NCBI GenBank assembly: GCA_964188305.1
Contig: OZ076887.1
Origin: Podarcis bocagei
Lineage: Eukaryota
Direction: 5' to 3' (one strand)
Length of the DNA: 64,000 bases
Shown: piece after piece, positions 47,546 to 60,275 of the stretch
How positions within the stretch are numbered: position 1 is the stretch's first letter
Layout of the letters: each line of letters begins with the position of its first letter
Position numbers and translations under genes: made by a program
The notes under the pieces: model-generated
Database searches by the model: none
Told to the model about the DNA's origin: nothing
What the model saw: only the letters and a program-made list of their open reading frames with translations

Positions 47546-50500
47546 GTGAAAATCAACAAGATCCAGCCTGAAGGCATACTGTGCTTGTGATGCAAAGAAT
47601 CCCCTCAACTCATCTTTGCTTACTGGTGGAAGGTAGTTGGGCTTGAGCAAACCTTCCCCGCCCCAATTTCCACTGACTCCCCTCCTGCTGCAACCCTCTG
47701 CACCACATCTCATGCTGTTTGGGAGGGCTCTCTGAACTTCAGGAGGAACTTTGTGGAGAGGGGATACAAGAAGCTGCAGTGGGAGCTAGCAAGTGGGGAA
47801 GCTCCCCATAGTATAATACACCTTGTTCTTTTTAGATTCCAGCCAGTTTGATTCTGATTCAAACCTGTGTGATTAAGGCAATATAAAAGGGGGCAATTAT
47901 AAGGATGTTTAGGGAATCCAACTTCCTTGCCTGCTTCTATCATTGCAATTTAAAAGTCCTGTTTCAAAACTTCCCAAAGCAACCTTAGCTTATTTCTGCT
48001 GATCTGGAACCAGAGATGAATTTTTATTTTTAAAAATTGAATATTGAAGGATTCGTTATTGTGCATACAAATGGTTGTTGCACGTGAAATTAGCTGACCT
48101 TAAAAGCCTGAGCTATTATTGTACATGCATATTTATTCCATATGCCTCTTTGATTAAGTTTAGAAGAAGGCAAGTGAAGTGAGCAGCACTGAAGTGACCT
48201 TCCCAGGATGTATGGGCAGTGGGTATGGAGGTCCTGGGATGCCCAGACAACAACACTCCCCTCTTGGCATCACTGATGCGATCCAAAGGAAAGGAAAGCA
48301 ATATGTTAAGTACCATCTTGGATGTAGGAGTTGCCATAAGGAGGCGTCCAAGGGTCTTAGGGACTCTACTGCATATTTTTGTAGGATATACTCCTTAGCC
48401 CTTTCTTCTCCCAAAGCTATCCCACAAGACAGTGGAGGTTTAGGATTACAGTATTCCATCTCCTAGGTTGATGAGCCTCATCTGCCCTTCGCTTCCATCT
48501 ACAGCACATACAGAAACTGCCTTCATGACCGCTGGGCCCACTACTGGTATCAATACATCAGAGCCGGTACAACTTTGCATGCAGGGGAAGCCCCTAACTC
48601 ACCAAGGGTTTGAGGCCCATCAGCTACCCTCACCTGGTTTAGCCGGCCAGGCCAAAGCTGGGGCGTGGTTGCTGTTGCATGAGCCACAGGTGAGAACTGA
48701 GTGCAGGGTGGGACCAAAGGTGGAGAAATACTCCAGAAGGAACTCAATGTGCCCCCCACCAGAGGTACTACCACTCCCCTAACATCCATACATCCTAGAG
48801 AAAAAATAAAGTGGATTCAAGAAATTATGCCAGATTTTTTTTAGCAATTCCTGAGTTCTGCATTTGATTGGTTTTGATGGTAGCCCTAACTGTAAGAATA
48901 AATGAACTTCCTTGAGGAACAAAATATTTTCATAAGTGATACACATTGTGAATTCAGCTCTCCACCACAGCCTAACTATACATTATGCTTTGCCTCAACT
49001 GACAAATGTTTATTGACAGAAAGCATGAAGATGACACATTAACGAGAAGGCTTGACATTCTCATCCAAGGATGACTTCATCAAATTGACCACTAGACAAA
49101 TAAACAACTTGGTTCTTGTAAAATGAATAAATTGATATGAAGTCACTGGGAAGATGATAAAATTATAGACAAAAATATATAGACAAAACACTTGAATCAC
49201 TTCCTGATGAACCCAATAAACCATAGCAGGTTCATGCTAAGACCAAGAACGAGGCTCAGCCAGACCGAGTACCTCTGTAATTACTATTGTTCCAGTAAAC
49301 ATTTTTACAATTAAGTGTCTTGTGTTTACACTTACTCCTCATATATGTTACAAATAAAGCAATAAGACATGGATCCTACAACAATAATAAATCAGAAACA
49401 AGTAGAAAAAATAATAATCCCAGGTATAACAGTTCCTATACTATATACACATGGATTCATTCATTTGATGTTTAAATAACAAGGAAATCATTTGTATTAG
49501 GGCAGCAAGATTTATTTGCTAAACTGTTTGCAGATTAACTGTTATGGGAACATTTTAATTGGAATGACTAGAACCACATACATGTCCCAAAGCCCCAGAA
49601 GTGATGGCGTGGATTGGCTCTAATTATATGAACTGGTTTCCATCTAAATATTTTCCACCAGCTATTTTGCTCTGCCTTCTTTTCCTAAAATTGAAGCTGC
49701 AAAATAGCCACAGTCACTAATCAGTTTGGTCACTGCAGATGGGCTTTGGTTTACCGTATATTTTCACTTACTCAAGCTGTGTCACTTTCTCAGACAGAGC
49801 TGCCACTACACAGAAGAGTTCGAGGTTTAGCCTGTATTGTTGACCTGGGAGTTCAAGAATCTGGAAGAGAAAGAAAAAGCTGCTTACATATATTGAAAGT
49901 CATTTGGGTTAATAATCAGTGCCATCAGCTGATGAGCACTGTCAGCTCACGAAACCTTTGTCCCAAGCCTATTAAGCAAATGTAACATAATGGTTCTATG
50001 ATGAGCTTATGCAATAGTCATTGGCTGATCGAGGTAAGTCATTGTGCATGGGAAAGATGGAGAATCCTCTGTTGGATCAGGAGCCATGTGCAGAAAATGC
50101 ATGGTTTCCAGAGGTGGCACTCTCCCCAGCACCACCACTTGGAGGTAATATTCATGCTTCTACAGTGGATCAGAAACCATGTGCACAACACAAGACCAAT
50201 GAACCAATGCTTTAAAAATGAACTATCTGTCACTGTGTGTAGGTGGATAACCTAAAAAAGATAAAATAATAAAAAGTAAGTAATCTCCAAAGCTGCTGTC
50301 AGGAATTCATATATAAAAGGGAAAGCCCATTTTTGTGTTTAAACTAAGGTGTTAGGAAACACAACTGTTCAGCATTATGGGCCATTTCCTTTGTAACCAT
50401 TGTAGTGTATGCCCTAATTGCGTTAAGCTAGCAGAAAGCATAAATCCTGTGGATAAAAGAAAGTATGTTTCTGAGGCGTTTTAGAACTGCAACTACAAAT

Positions 50501-51138
50501 GGTGCTGCATATCCACATAGCCTCATTTATGGTGGAGTGAGAAAGGTCAGCAGCGGAATCTGTGGACACTGAAGCTGTATTTGGAACAAAGACTACAAGC
50601 CTCATAGGTGAAATGTTTTCTGGATCTAAGACATAATGATAAGCATTTTGGACTCTTGAAAAAGTTACCAGTCTGAGGCTCAATGGGAAGCATAGTTAAG
50701 AAGAGAAAAGTTTCCATTTAACAGAACTGGCCTCTATTGTGTCTTTTTCACTGCATCCTGAATAATCTGCTTGCCTATTTTAAGGAAAGTTGGAAAGTGC
50801 TTATCAGAAAGGTAATCATCATCATCATCATCATCATCTGGGTTGTGCTTCAGGGCTGATGAGCTTAGTGCTGTTCTTTTCTTTAGAGGGTCCAGCACTG
50901 AGGAGAAGCATCTTCTTTCCCTCCAGTGATTCTGGGCCCTGATATATGACCATAGTGGGATGCTATGCTGGGAGCAGGGCCCAGAGGGAAGGATAGTCCA
51001 GTGCAGCTGCCTAACATTTCTGTTTCAAATGTAAGGTTTTAAAAGATTAAATTATACTGGCTTCAGCTACAGTGGGACAGCTGAAGCCCCAGACACCCAA
51101 ATGGCTCCACCTAGTCCTGCATTTCACTGCACTGAGAC

Positions 51139-51385
51139 TGATAAGTTGTGGGTTGACATAGCAGACGACACAGCGATTTCTCCAAAGCAGCTCTTTATTT
51201 TGTAAGCTGGAGCAGAACTAACTGAGGAGCTCAGTCAGCCTGCTTATATAGAGCTCCAGAACAATGTAACTGTTGCCATTTTCTAAAACTATCCAATCAC
51301 TGAACGTCACTTTTTGATCCTTCATTTGCACAACTATCTACAGTATCCCCCTGCTGGCCCAGGGTGAGAACTTCAGTACATAACA
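51139..51385 (-). mobile_element. Solo LTR (247 bp), 5-bp TSD
   Basis: TG...CA ends; TSD GAGAC at 51134-51138 and 51386-51390; minus-strand TATATAA (51250-51244) and AATAAA (51199-51194). Confidence 0.88.
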
Positions 51386-52517
51386 GAGACCTGCACCCTC
51401 GAAAGCTCACACGGAAAGTTTTAGGATCATGACTGTGCCTAGTGGTTTGTCCTAGGCATCTGGTATTCAGAAGGATACCAACTCAACACTACTCCAGGCT
51501 GCAGTGACATAAGCACATAGAATCATACATATTGGAGGCGGTGGATCTTAGCAAAAGTGGTGCCACTATCAGAGTTCTTGAAAATAGCCCTCCCTCTAAG
51601 ATATTAATGTCCCCTTTCAGTAATAAAAACTGTGTGTGTGTGCAAGTCCTCTCAGTGGAATGAGAAGGACATTCTACCAAGTCTTGGTTTTTATTGAAGA
51701 TTCCCACACCAGACCCCAAATAGCATCTGCTCCACCATAATTCCTGCATTAAATTACTGGCGCAATATGTTTATTGCTGGTGGTTAGCTTTTAGCCTTTG
51801 AAATAGTTATGATGTGAGCCGTTTTTTATACTACAGTTTGTAAGGAGAAGTCGTAATTCAAATTTGTTTTGCAAATACTTCGACAGACTGAAGCGGTCTT
51901 CTTTTTCCTCCACAGTGTTTGAAGGTTTTTGGTGTGTTTTTTTAAATCTAAAATAGTAAGCACTCAATACCTTTTTCTCATGTGCTGCCTGGTATGTGCA
52001 GCAGCTGCAGCAGCATAGGCGCCCTATATCTGACTTCCTAAGCCAGTCATGGGTGAGATGGGAAACTAATAATCACACTACTCGAACATCGCCTGACAAT
52101 GCATTTGTTGTTCATACTTTAAATTAGATGTAGAACACCATAAGCTCCGGACTTCAATGGCCATTGCATATAAATAAAATATATTTCAAGAGCTGGTTGG
52201 ACTAGACTCAAGCAATGACATGCATGTGTAGCTGAGTGGTCCTTCTCTGCTTCCATGATTTTCTAAACTTATTAGGTTACAGCCAATGAAGTCACTGCAA
52301 TGGAGCATCTCCCCCACATCACTTGTGCCTTCAGCATCTGCTCTGGGCTTCACCACAACCTTCCAAAGCAGACTGGGGGGCAGTGCATGGTGTGAGGGGA
52401 AGATCCACTGCATGAGCAGAAATTCTGTGTGTGCAATGACTTTGCCAGATTCAACCCTCTGTACTAGGGTTAAGCCCAAGGGGATGCTTTGCAGCACACC
52501 CTCTTGGTGATCTTTCG

Positions 52518-52519
<2 letters not shown>

Positions 52520-52582
<63 letters not shown>

Positions 52583-52584
52583 TC
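52520..52584. repeat. (CTTT)n microsatellite
   Basis: Direct reading. Confidence 0.97.
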
Positions 52585-55500
52585 AGTAGCTGACAGTTAT
52601 TGTTTTAATGGCATTTGAAAAGCACTGGTCTCTTCAGGGAACATTGCCATCCTGTCCACAAAATGAGGATCTTGGCCAGCTTGAATGTGTGGCAAATTAT
52701 AGAGCATTCTCCTCCTAAAACATACAGTTGTGGATATCCTGAAAGGAAGAAAGTCTGCTGGTAACTCCCCTTGATATCAATCCCACAGCAGCCTGCCCTC
52801 CGCCCAGATTCCTCCTTTGCCTCAGAAACCATGAAAGTATAACATGCACCTTCCTCTCTCTTTGTTTGGATTTGAAGCCAGGTAGGAGCAGCAGCTATCA
52901 ATTTAGGTAGATGTACAGCTGAGTAAATAAAATGAAAGGCAAGTATAAATGTGTTTCCTCATGCAAAGTTTGAAAAACAGGCTTGGCAGAAGCAGAGGAA
53001 AAAAAATCTAAACAAAACAGGAAAAGAGGGGCTGCTTATAAATTATACTTTTTTCACCTCAAGCTTTTTCGATAGCCCAGAAGTAATAAGAACGGGTGTT
53101 TCTTGGACTGGCTAGGCATGCATTCCAGCTCTAAATGGCTTCCTGTTCAAAATGTTCAAAGCCAAGAAGACTGAGGGCTCCCCCCACTTTCTGGGGTTGG
53201 TTACAAGTGTGTGAAGCATGAGCTTTTATTTCTGGCCAATGCAAATGTTTTTACATCTCCCCTCCAGCCCCCCAGAAGGATGGCAAAATGTGACCAAACT
53301 GTTTTCTTCTTCAGCTAGGAAGTTCAGTGATTAGCCTTCAGTTAATCTGTAAACATTCACACTTCCCGTTAAAGACAGTTTGGGGGCTGGAGAAGAGGAC
53401 CAGTTCAATGTCATTCTGAATCCACACATGTTACTCAGGCTGAAGGCTTGCTCCACAACTTAGACTGAAGTAACATGAGGGAAAGCTTGGATGTTTGAGG
53501 GTGCGAAATGTACTAAACCATTTCCCTCCCAATACACCTGAACCTATAATTCACAAATTATAAACTCTAGGCCCGGTTTTGGGTTTTTGGTCACATCAGC
53601 CTCAAATATTATTTAGTACGGCATGTTCTCCATAGATTTTCTTTACAAAATAATGAACACCCTAATTATGTTTCTAAGAGTGAAAATAACACACCCAGAA
53701 AAAAAGGATATGTAATGAGTTGTGCCACAAATGAACCAAGGAAAGATCCCTCTTGAAACCACTGGAATATCTTACGTCCAGATTTATTCGGTCCTTCAGA
53801 CCAATCAACAGCCTTTCCAGTTACCGTTTTTTTCTAGCTTCTTCTGCTTCTTCTTTTTGAAGATGAGGCTATATTTATTAAGTGCAATAGTCCACATAAC
53901 TGTGGAGTGCTTTGTTTCAATACCTTGGAATACACTCAGAATTTAAAGCAAGCACGGTAAATGCAGCTGAATGCAAAAAAAGCTCTTAATAAGAACACAA
54001 GGAACCCCCTGTTGGATAAGACAAAAGGCCTGTCTTGTCCAACAACCTGCCTCCCCCAGCGGCCAAACAGATGGCTGTTAGGCAGGAGCTAAACACAATA
54101 GATCTCTTCTTCAATAGACTTCTCCTGCTCCCCAGGACCTTAAATCCAGAGGCATTGCACCTCCTGGAAGTAGTAGTGCTTGACAATGGAATGGGATTAC
54201 CATTTTGTCCTAAATGGTACTTTGGTATAACCAAAACACAGATGGAGTTCAGGTGAATGGTATCTTTGAAACCTTTGCACTTAAAAGAACTGTTCTTTAG
54301 CTTACGACTGCATAAAAAAGCACTGAGAACAAGATGATGTCACCACACTATGCCTGTTCAGAAAAAAGGGGTGGGGGGATCCGTTTGTGGAGAATGTAAG
54401 CTTTTGTTTACAGCTCTATGTATTAAACGCTGTATTTGCAAGCTTTGATTTTTCTGTAAACCACTTTTAGATGTATGGTGAAAAGCAGGGTATTATAAAT
54501 TTCTTAGATAGAAATAGAACAAATATACCATCAGAAGCACTACATAATGTACTAGAGTAGATCTGCAGGGCTGATGGAGCCCTCTGCACTCCAAGAATAC
54601 TCTACGAATGCAAAGCCAGAGAGAATGGGAAAGGACAGACCATAGGCCTAGAGACTGCAAGGCCGATGAAGGAACTTGGCAGCGGAAATGTAGCTCATTT
54701 TTGCATGTGTGACTTTTAAACTTTTTTCCAGGGTGCTTTGTGTATGAGTGTCTATATTTTCAATCTGAATATAAAACAGACATTGGCTAGAATCCTTCCA
54801 GAATGACTGGAATGTATATTTGATTTACAAACAGCCTTATAGTGCCTTTTTCTCCCACAATAATAACAATATTTATGAGAGGCACATTCCAGACTAAAAG
54901 GTATTCTCAGCTTTTGCAAATGCCCTGACTTGTACAGCTCAGGCCCTCCGACTTCCTTAACTATAGCTGGGCAGGGTAGGATGGAAGAATTTCATTTGAT
55001 TGGCACATGTGATTCACCCAGATGGCATCTAAGGCAAAAGGAAGAGTTTAAGGACCATTTACAATAGCTGAAGGATTCCTTAAATTTCTTATACCAGGTA
55101 AGAGAAAAATCTTAATCCTGTTACATGAGCGTAATATACTTCAGACTATTTCAGTGAATCACTGCCATTACCAATATACACAGCTATGTACTGCATTAGC
55201 TTCCCAGACACTGAACACAATGTTGGCAAAATTGATAAAATATAAACCTAATGAGTCAGCCGCCAAACTTTTTTTTTTTTTTTTGTAATCTCCAAGACAT
55301 ACAGAAGACAGCCTAGACATATTGCCTTTGGCCCAGCTGCAGAAGTATTGGAAAAGCTTGTGTGATAGCAGTCTAGCTGCTGACAAATGGTACAGTAGTA
55401 GAACTTACATGGAAAATATAAGAGAACTCTTTTGGAGAAACCAGGCATTTGTTCACATCCTGGAGAGCTTGTTCAAGGTCATTTAGGTCAAGCACAAAAT

Positions 55501-56847
55501 CCTGGAAAAAAAGAAAATACAGAAAGTTATATTGGATGAAATACCCCATCTTCATCTTCTTGCTTTGTACAACATGGTTTAGACGCCATGTTCTGGCCTT
55601 CTGCTAACGACCCACTGCTAGTAGAATAGCAGAGTCTAAATTAGCCACACCCAGTAGCCTTCCTACTTGGATGTTCTCTGTCACCCAGGCAGTGGCGGAG
55701 CTTCATGCGGGAGGGCGGCAGCTGCGATGGCACCCTACCAGGATTGCGCTGCTGGGGGGCGGTGTGCTCCCCCTATACTCTTCCTCCACCATTGCACCCA
55801 GGGCCCCCTTGACTGTGTTCCCATTGGCTCATGAGCTGTAGCATAGTGACTCCGGAAGGTGAGTCTGGTGCCATCCAGATCTCATCCTTCAATGCCTTCA
55901 CTTTGAGACAGGATGTGGACGTCCTCAAAGAATGAGGCAGAGATGGGCAAGATTTGAGAAGAAGCTGTACTCAGCCACAGGCATGCCAATGACGGCCCTT
56001 CTCTTCTTGTTTGTTGAAAGAGCTTTCGCTGTCACTGCATGGCAGCGGTGGTGCTCTTATAGGCATTTCACTTCTCAGGGGTGAGATCTGAGGTGGCACT
56101 GGCTTCTCCCTAAGAGGGGCAAAGTGGCAGCCAACAGCCTTTGTGCTGGATTGAAGTGTGGTGTGCAGTGATGCAGCACCCTTCAATGCAAGAAGGCAGT
56201 TTTCCAAATGTATTTTCCTGGGGGGGGGGTGGATTTTCAGCAGTGGTGAGCAGGCAGAGAGCAATGGCTAGGTGCACATTCACTCTGTCGTCCCTCCCAG
56301 TATGCAACCTGAGGCAAAGGGCTCAAATTGGCTAGCAGTAGGGCTGAGACTGGATAAGTTAGCTCAGTCAGTGTTGGCTTTTGCAGGTCAGTATAGTAGT
56401 ATTGTGGAAAAGAAGCTGAACAGCTCTGCTTTAATCCTTGAATGTCTCCCAAGTCACTGATAAAAATGATGTGACAGTGCAGTTGCAAAGTGGAAACACA
56501 ACGCTCTCTGGCACAATAGTACATTCACAGGGCTGACAAATATTAGCTAATTAGCTATGTGGAACACAGCTTTGCAACAGCTTATAAATCATAAAATAAT
56601 TTATCTTTTTTTTACAAGATATATTAAAAAAACAAGTTCACTGAAGCAATTGTAGGAGCACAGAACCTTACTTTAATCTTTTTTAATAGCCACAGTTACG
56701 TTTTTTCTTGATGTATATAGATGTCTTATCATTTTTATACAATTTTTATAAAGTTCTGATCATGAGACTTCCCCCCACTCACCTTTAAAATTATGGGAGC
56801 CTTCACACTCTGGTTTTTCACATTTATTTGAGCACTAAGTTAAAACA

Positions 56848-57194
56848 GGGACATGGGTGGCACTGTGGGTTAAACCACAGAGCCTAAGGCTTGCCAATCA
56901 GATCGGCGGTTCAAATCCCCATGACGGGGTGAGCTCCCATTGCTCAGTCCCTGCTCCTGCCAACCTAGCAGTTCGAAAGCATGAAGTGCAAGTAGATAAA
57001 TAGGTAGCACTCCAGTGGGAAGGTAAACGGCATTTCCATGCGCTGCTCTGGTTCGCCAGAAGCAGCTTAGTCATGCTGGCCACATGACCCAGAAGCTGTA
57101 CACCGGCTCCCTTGGCTAATAAAGCAAGATGAGCGCCGCAACCCCAGAGTCGTCTGTGATTGGATCTAATGGTCAGGGGTCCCTTTACCTTTAC
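56848..57194 (+). mobile_element. Full-length Sauria SINE
   Basis: GGGACATGGGTGGCACTGTGGG head, GGTTCAAATCC B box, (ACCTTT)n tail; 13-14 bp TSD CTAAGTTAAAACA(G) at 56835 and 57195. Confidence 0.93.
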
Positions 57195-57617
57195 CTAAGT
57201 TAAAACAGACAAAGATGATATCCCACAAACTTCAGTATGTTCACAGTGTAGTTAACATGTACCTTATCTGGGTGCAATCTCTGATACAGAGCACTTTGTA
57301 GCCTTCTTTCTTCTGGAGGAATCTTGGAATTCTGAACAATTGACTCTAAATAAGCTTCTTTATTTTTCTGTTCTAAAATCCTCTTTGTATCTAGATAACA
57401 GAAAGTGAAGGAGACAGGAAATGAACAAACAAAAACACTGGTAAAACAACTTTATCAAATAAAGTAAGATTCTCAGGATTCTGAATGAAATCTGGAAGCA
57501 GCATCTCATTTTTTTTGTGTGGCTCTGAAGCATATGGCATCCACAAAGAAATTTGAGAAATTTGTTTGAGAAATGTGATCATTTCTAGTTATTATATAAA
57601 GCCACCTGATCTGCAAC

Positions 57618-57925
57618 TAGGGATGGAAGACTCAGTCAGTGTCAGTTTCCTCAGTTTCCCATTCTTCCAGTCTTAAATTCAGTTTCCACAGCTGTTTGTG
57701 AATATTAATTAAAATAATCTTCATTAAAATTCACCAGCATTTTATCCACACTTTCTCCTATTATATGCATTTTCTACACATTGTCTAGTTGGAGAATTGC
57801 ATTGCTAAATTTGGCAAAGTGAGAATTTTGAAGTCTAGCAGGGTTTTAGTCTGTGCATTGGGTGGAGATGTGTGAGTTGACTAGTTTCTCCTTAAAATGA
57901 ATACAAAACTGAATCTTTCCTGGGA
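57618..57925 (-). mobile_element. hAT-like MITE, old copy of the 3069/31139 family
   Basis: TAGGGATGG end and reverse-complement similarity to the other copies. Confidence 0.6.
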
Positions 57926-59989
57926 ACGGTTTGTGGTCAGGGGACAGTCCCAAGGGCCAGAGAAAGATGAACGGATGTCCATATTTGGCTCCCACGCCTC
58001 AGATTCCACATCTCTCTTTTTTTATATCACAATATTCTACTGTGAATGTTTTCTGGTTATTGTTTCTTTCTTTCTGTAACCCTCTTGAACTCCTACTTAC
58101 AGTTGGCAGGGTACAATCTTCATTTTTTTCTTAGCCCACAGCAGCACATGAGGTTCAGTTGTTTTCAGGGAGCCTTGGGCACAGTCGAACTCCATTCTAC
58201 AACCCCCCTTCCCCTATCCTAAAAGGAGGAAATGTACTCTGTAGGGCCAAATGTCCCATTACTATGTGAATAAGGAGTAATGGGAGGCAAACAGCCTGCT
58301 GACATTTCTTTTTCTTCCTTAGTGCTGTGACATGATGAGATAAGAGAGTGAAAAGGAATTCCTGAAGTTGCCTGGGGATATTTTTGTTTCCCAAATGAAG
58401 ACAACCCTTGCCAGTAAATGAAGATCCATAAGAATCAAGTTCAGCTCACATGTGGCCATGGTAAGCAACTGGAGGGCTCTGATAGCATATTACAAGACAT
58501 GCCCTCTCCACAACATCCTTGTGCAAGTCATTAAAAGAAGAAGAGGATTTCCTGACTGGGTACATAATAAAACAGGGCAAATATTCTGAAACCAGAAAAA
58601 TGCAAATAGCACTATCAGTTCAGATTCACATGGTATCACCTCTCTGTGTTTTTGTACTAGGATGTTTTTTTTTGGGGGGGAAAATTGTTAATAAAAATAA
58701 AATGAATGGGAGTTGTTCCTCTATGGCAGGGGTGGCTAGCCTGGTGCCCACCAGAGGTTACTGAACAATTCCTGTCATCCCTGACCCCTGGTGGGACTTT
58801 GAACAATAATGTCAGGAAATGTGAGGTTGGAATAGAGCTCATCATATTTGTGCAATGAAAAATGGCTTGTGCTTTACTGTTCTTTATTTTTAAAAGTCAC
58901 GTTCATCAAAATACTTACCACTCAGCTCTGATAATCTTGAACAAATTTCTTTATACTTGCTCCAGAAGAATTTTATTTTAAGGTCAAGGTTTTCATATGC
59001 ATCAGCCTCAAATTAAAAATAATGTTAGTTTCAATTAAACGGACCCCCAAAAGCAAGTTTTCATACATATTTCCTTCTTCACAGGCACAACAGCATCCTG
59101 GCGTTAGTGCAATGAATTTTCAGGCTAGTAATTTTTTTGTGGGCAAGGAAAGGTGTGAAAACAAGCCTTTAAGTTTTAACAGACTCTTATGATACTAAGT
59201 TACAAGTGCAGAAACAGAGCTCCCACCATTTACAATCTCTGGATTCTCTTAGATTCACTCTTTAATTTATGTGATCTCATCAAAAAAAGGGAGAAGTCAG
59301 CCAATAATATTTGTTTGTTTCCCTTATCCTGTGTTGGTAAATGGCTGCTCTGATACCTTCACTGATACCTGCATATGATAATTAAGATTTCTTGTCACTT
59401 TGCAGTGGTTCTGTAATCTGGTTTCTAACAACCTAAAACCTGTAGATCACATTGACTTCTTGTGCTAATAAGCACCAGAAGTGACTTATTGCCATCCGCT
59501 TTATCAATGGGGCAGGGAAAAATACTGCCTGAAGTGATTCTTGAAGTGTAGCTGTTCATAAGCAAGTGAAAAAAAATAATTATTCTTGTGCAAATCTTTC
59601 CATACTGCCTTCCATCCCCCAAATATTGCTTTTCCTTTAGTTGCTACCAAAGTTTACCCAATGTGAAATTTTCAAGGAGAATCTAAGATTCTCAGGTTAA
59701 ACATTTGAGGATTTTTTTTTTAGGAAGCAAAAGTTGGGACTCTGTTGAACGTAATTACTGTTTTTCATGAACATTTTCAGCATCATCAAAATAGGCACTC
59801 CTTTCTTGGCAATTTTTTCTGAGATTCTTTTGAACATGTTTGTACCAGGGCTAGGCTGTGTGCGGCAGCCTGAAGTAGGATGAATGGGCTATCAGGGCCA
59901 ATTTAAAATTTATGTAAACCATTAGGGATACTGGAATGTTTCAGGACTTGGGAAGACCTTGTTGCTCAATGAAGGCTTGGTTGGAACAG

Positions 59990-60275
59990 GAAGTGCTCTT
60001 ATTCTCTTTCATGAATAGGAGGATCCAGCAAGATCCACCTTCACTGACATCTTTTTGGCGCCAGGTAAAGATTTATCCTCTCCACCTCTCCCAGTCTTTT
60101 GATAGACTGAGATGGTGCTGTTACTAGTGTGCTGCTTCTTACTGTGAGGGGGATTGGTTGTTGTTTTGTCTTTATAATATCTTTATATTCATGTTTCTAA
60201 ATGCAACTAGCAAGTGGCTGGGGAAACTCAGCCAGATGGGTGGGGTATAAATAATAAATTATTATTTTTATTATA
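59990..60275 (+). mobile_element. L2/CR1-like LINE 3' end
   Basis: cttttggcgccaggtaaaga... ending gatgggtggggtataaataataaattattatt. Confidence 0.5.

Noticed and set aside
49929-49962. Hammerhead core words in order: CUGAUGA...GAAAC-CUUU-GUC
   Set aside because: Stems I and II cannot form beyond 1 bp in the required register and there is no Penelope-like flank; likely chance, though an Infernal scan would settle it.
56848-56930. tRNA-like A/B boxes (also near 12320-12383 and 27330-27390)
   Set aside because: These are SINE heads; no complete cloverleaf.
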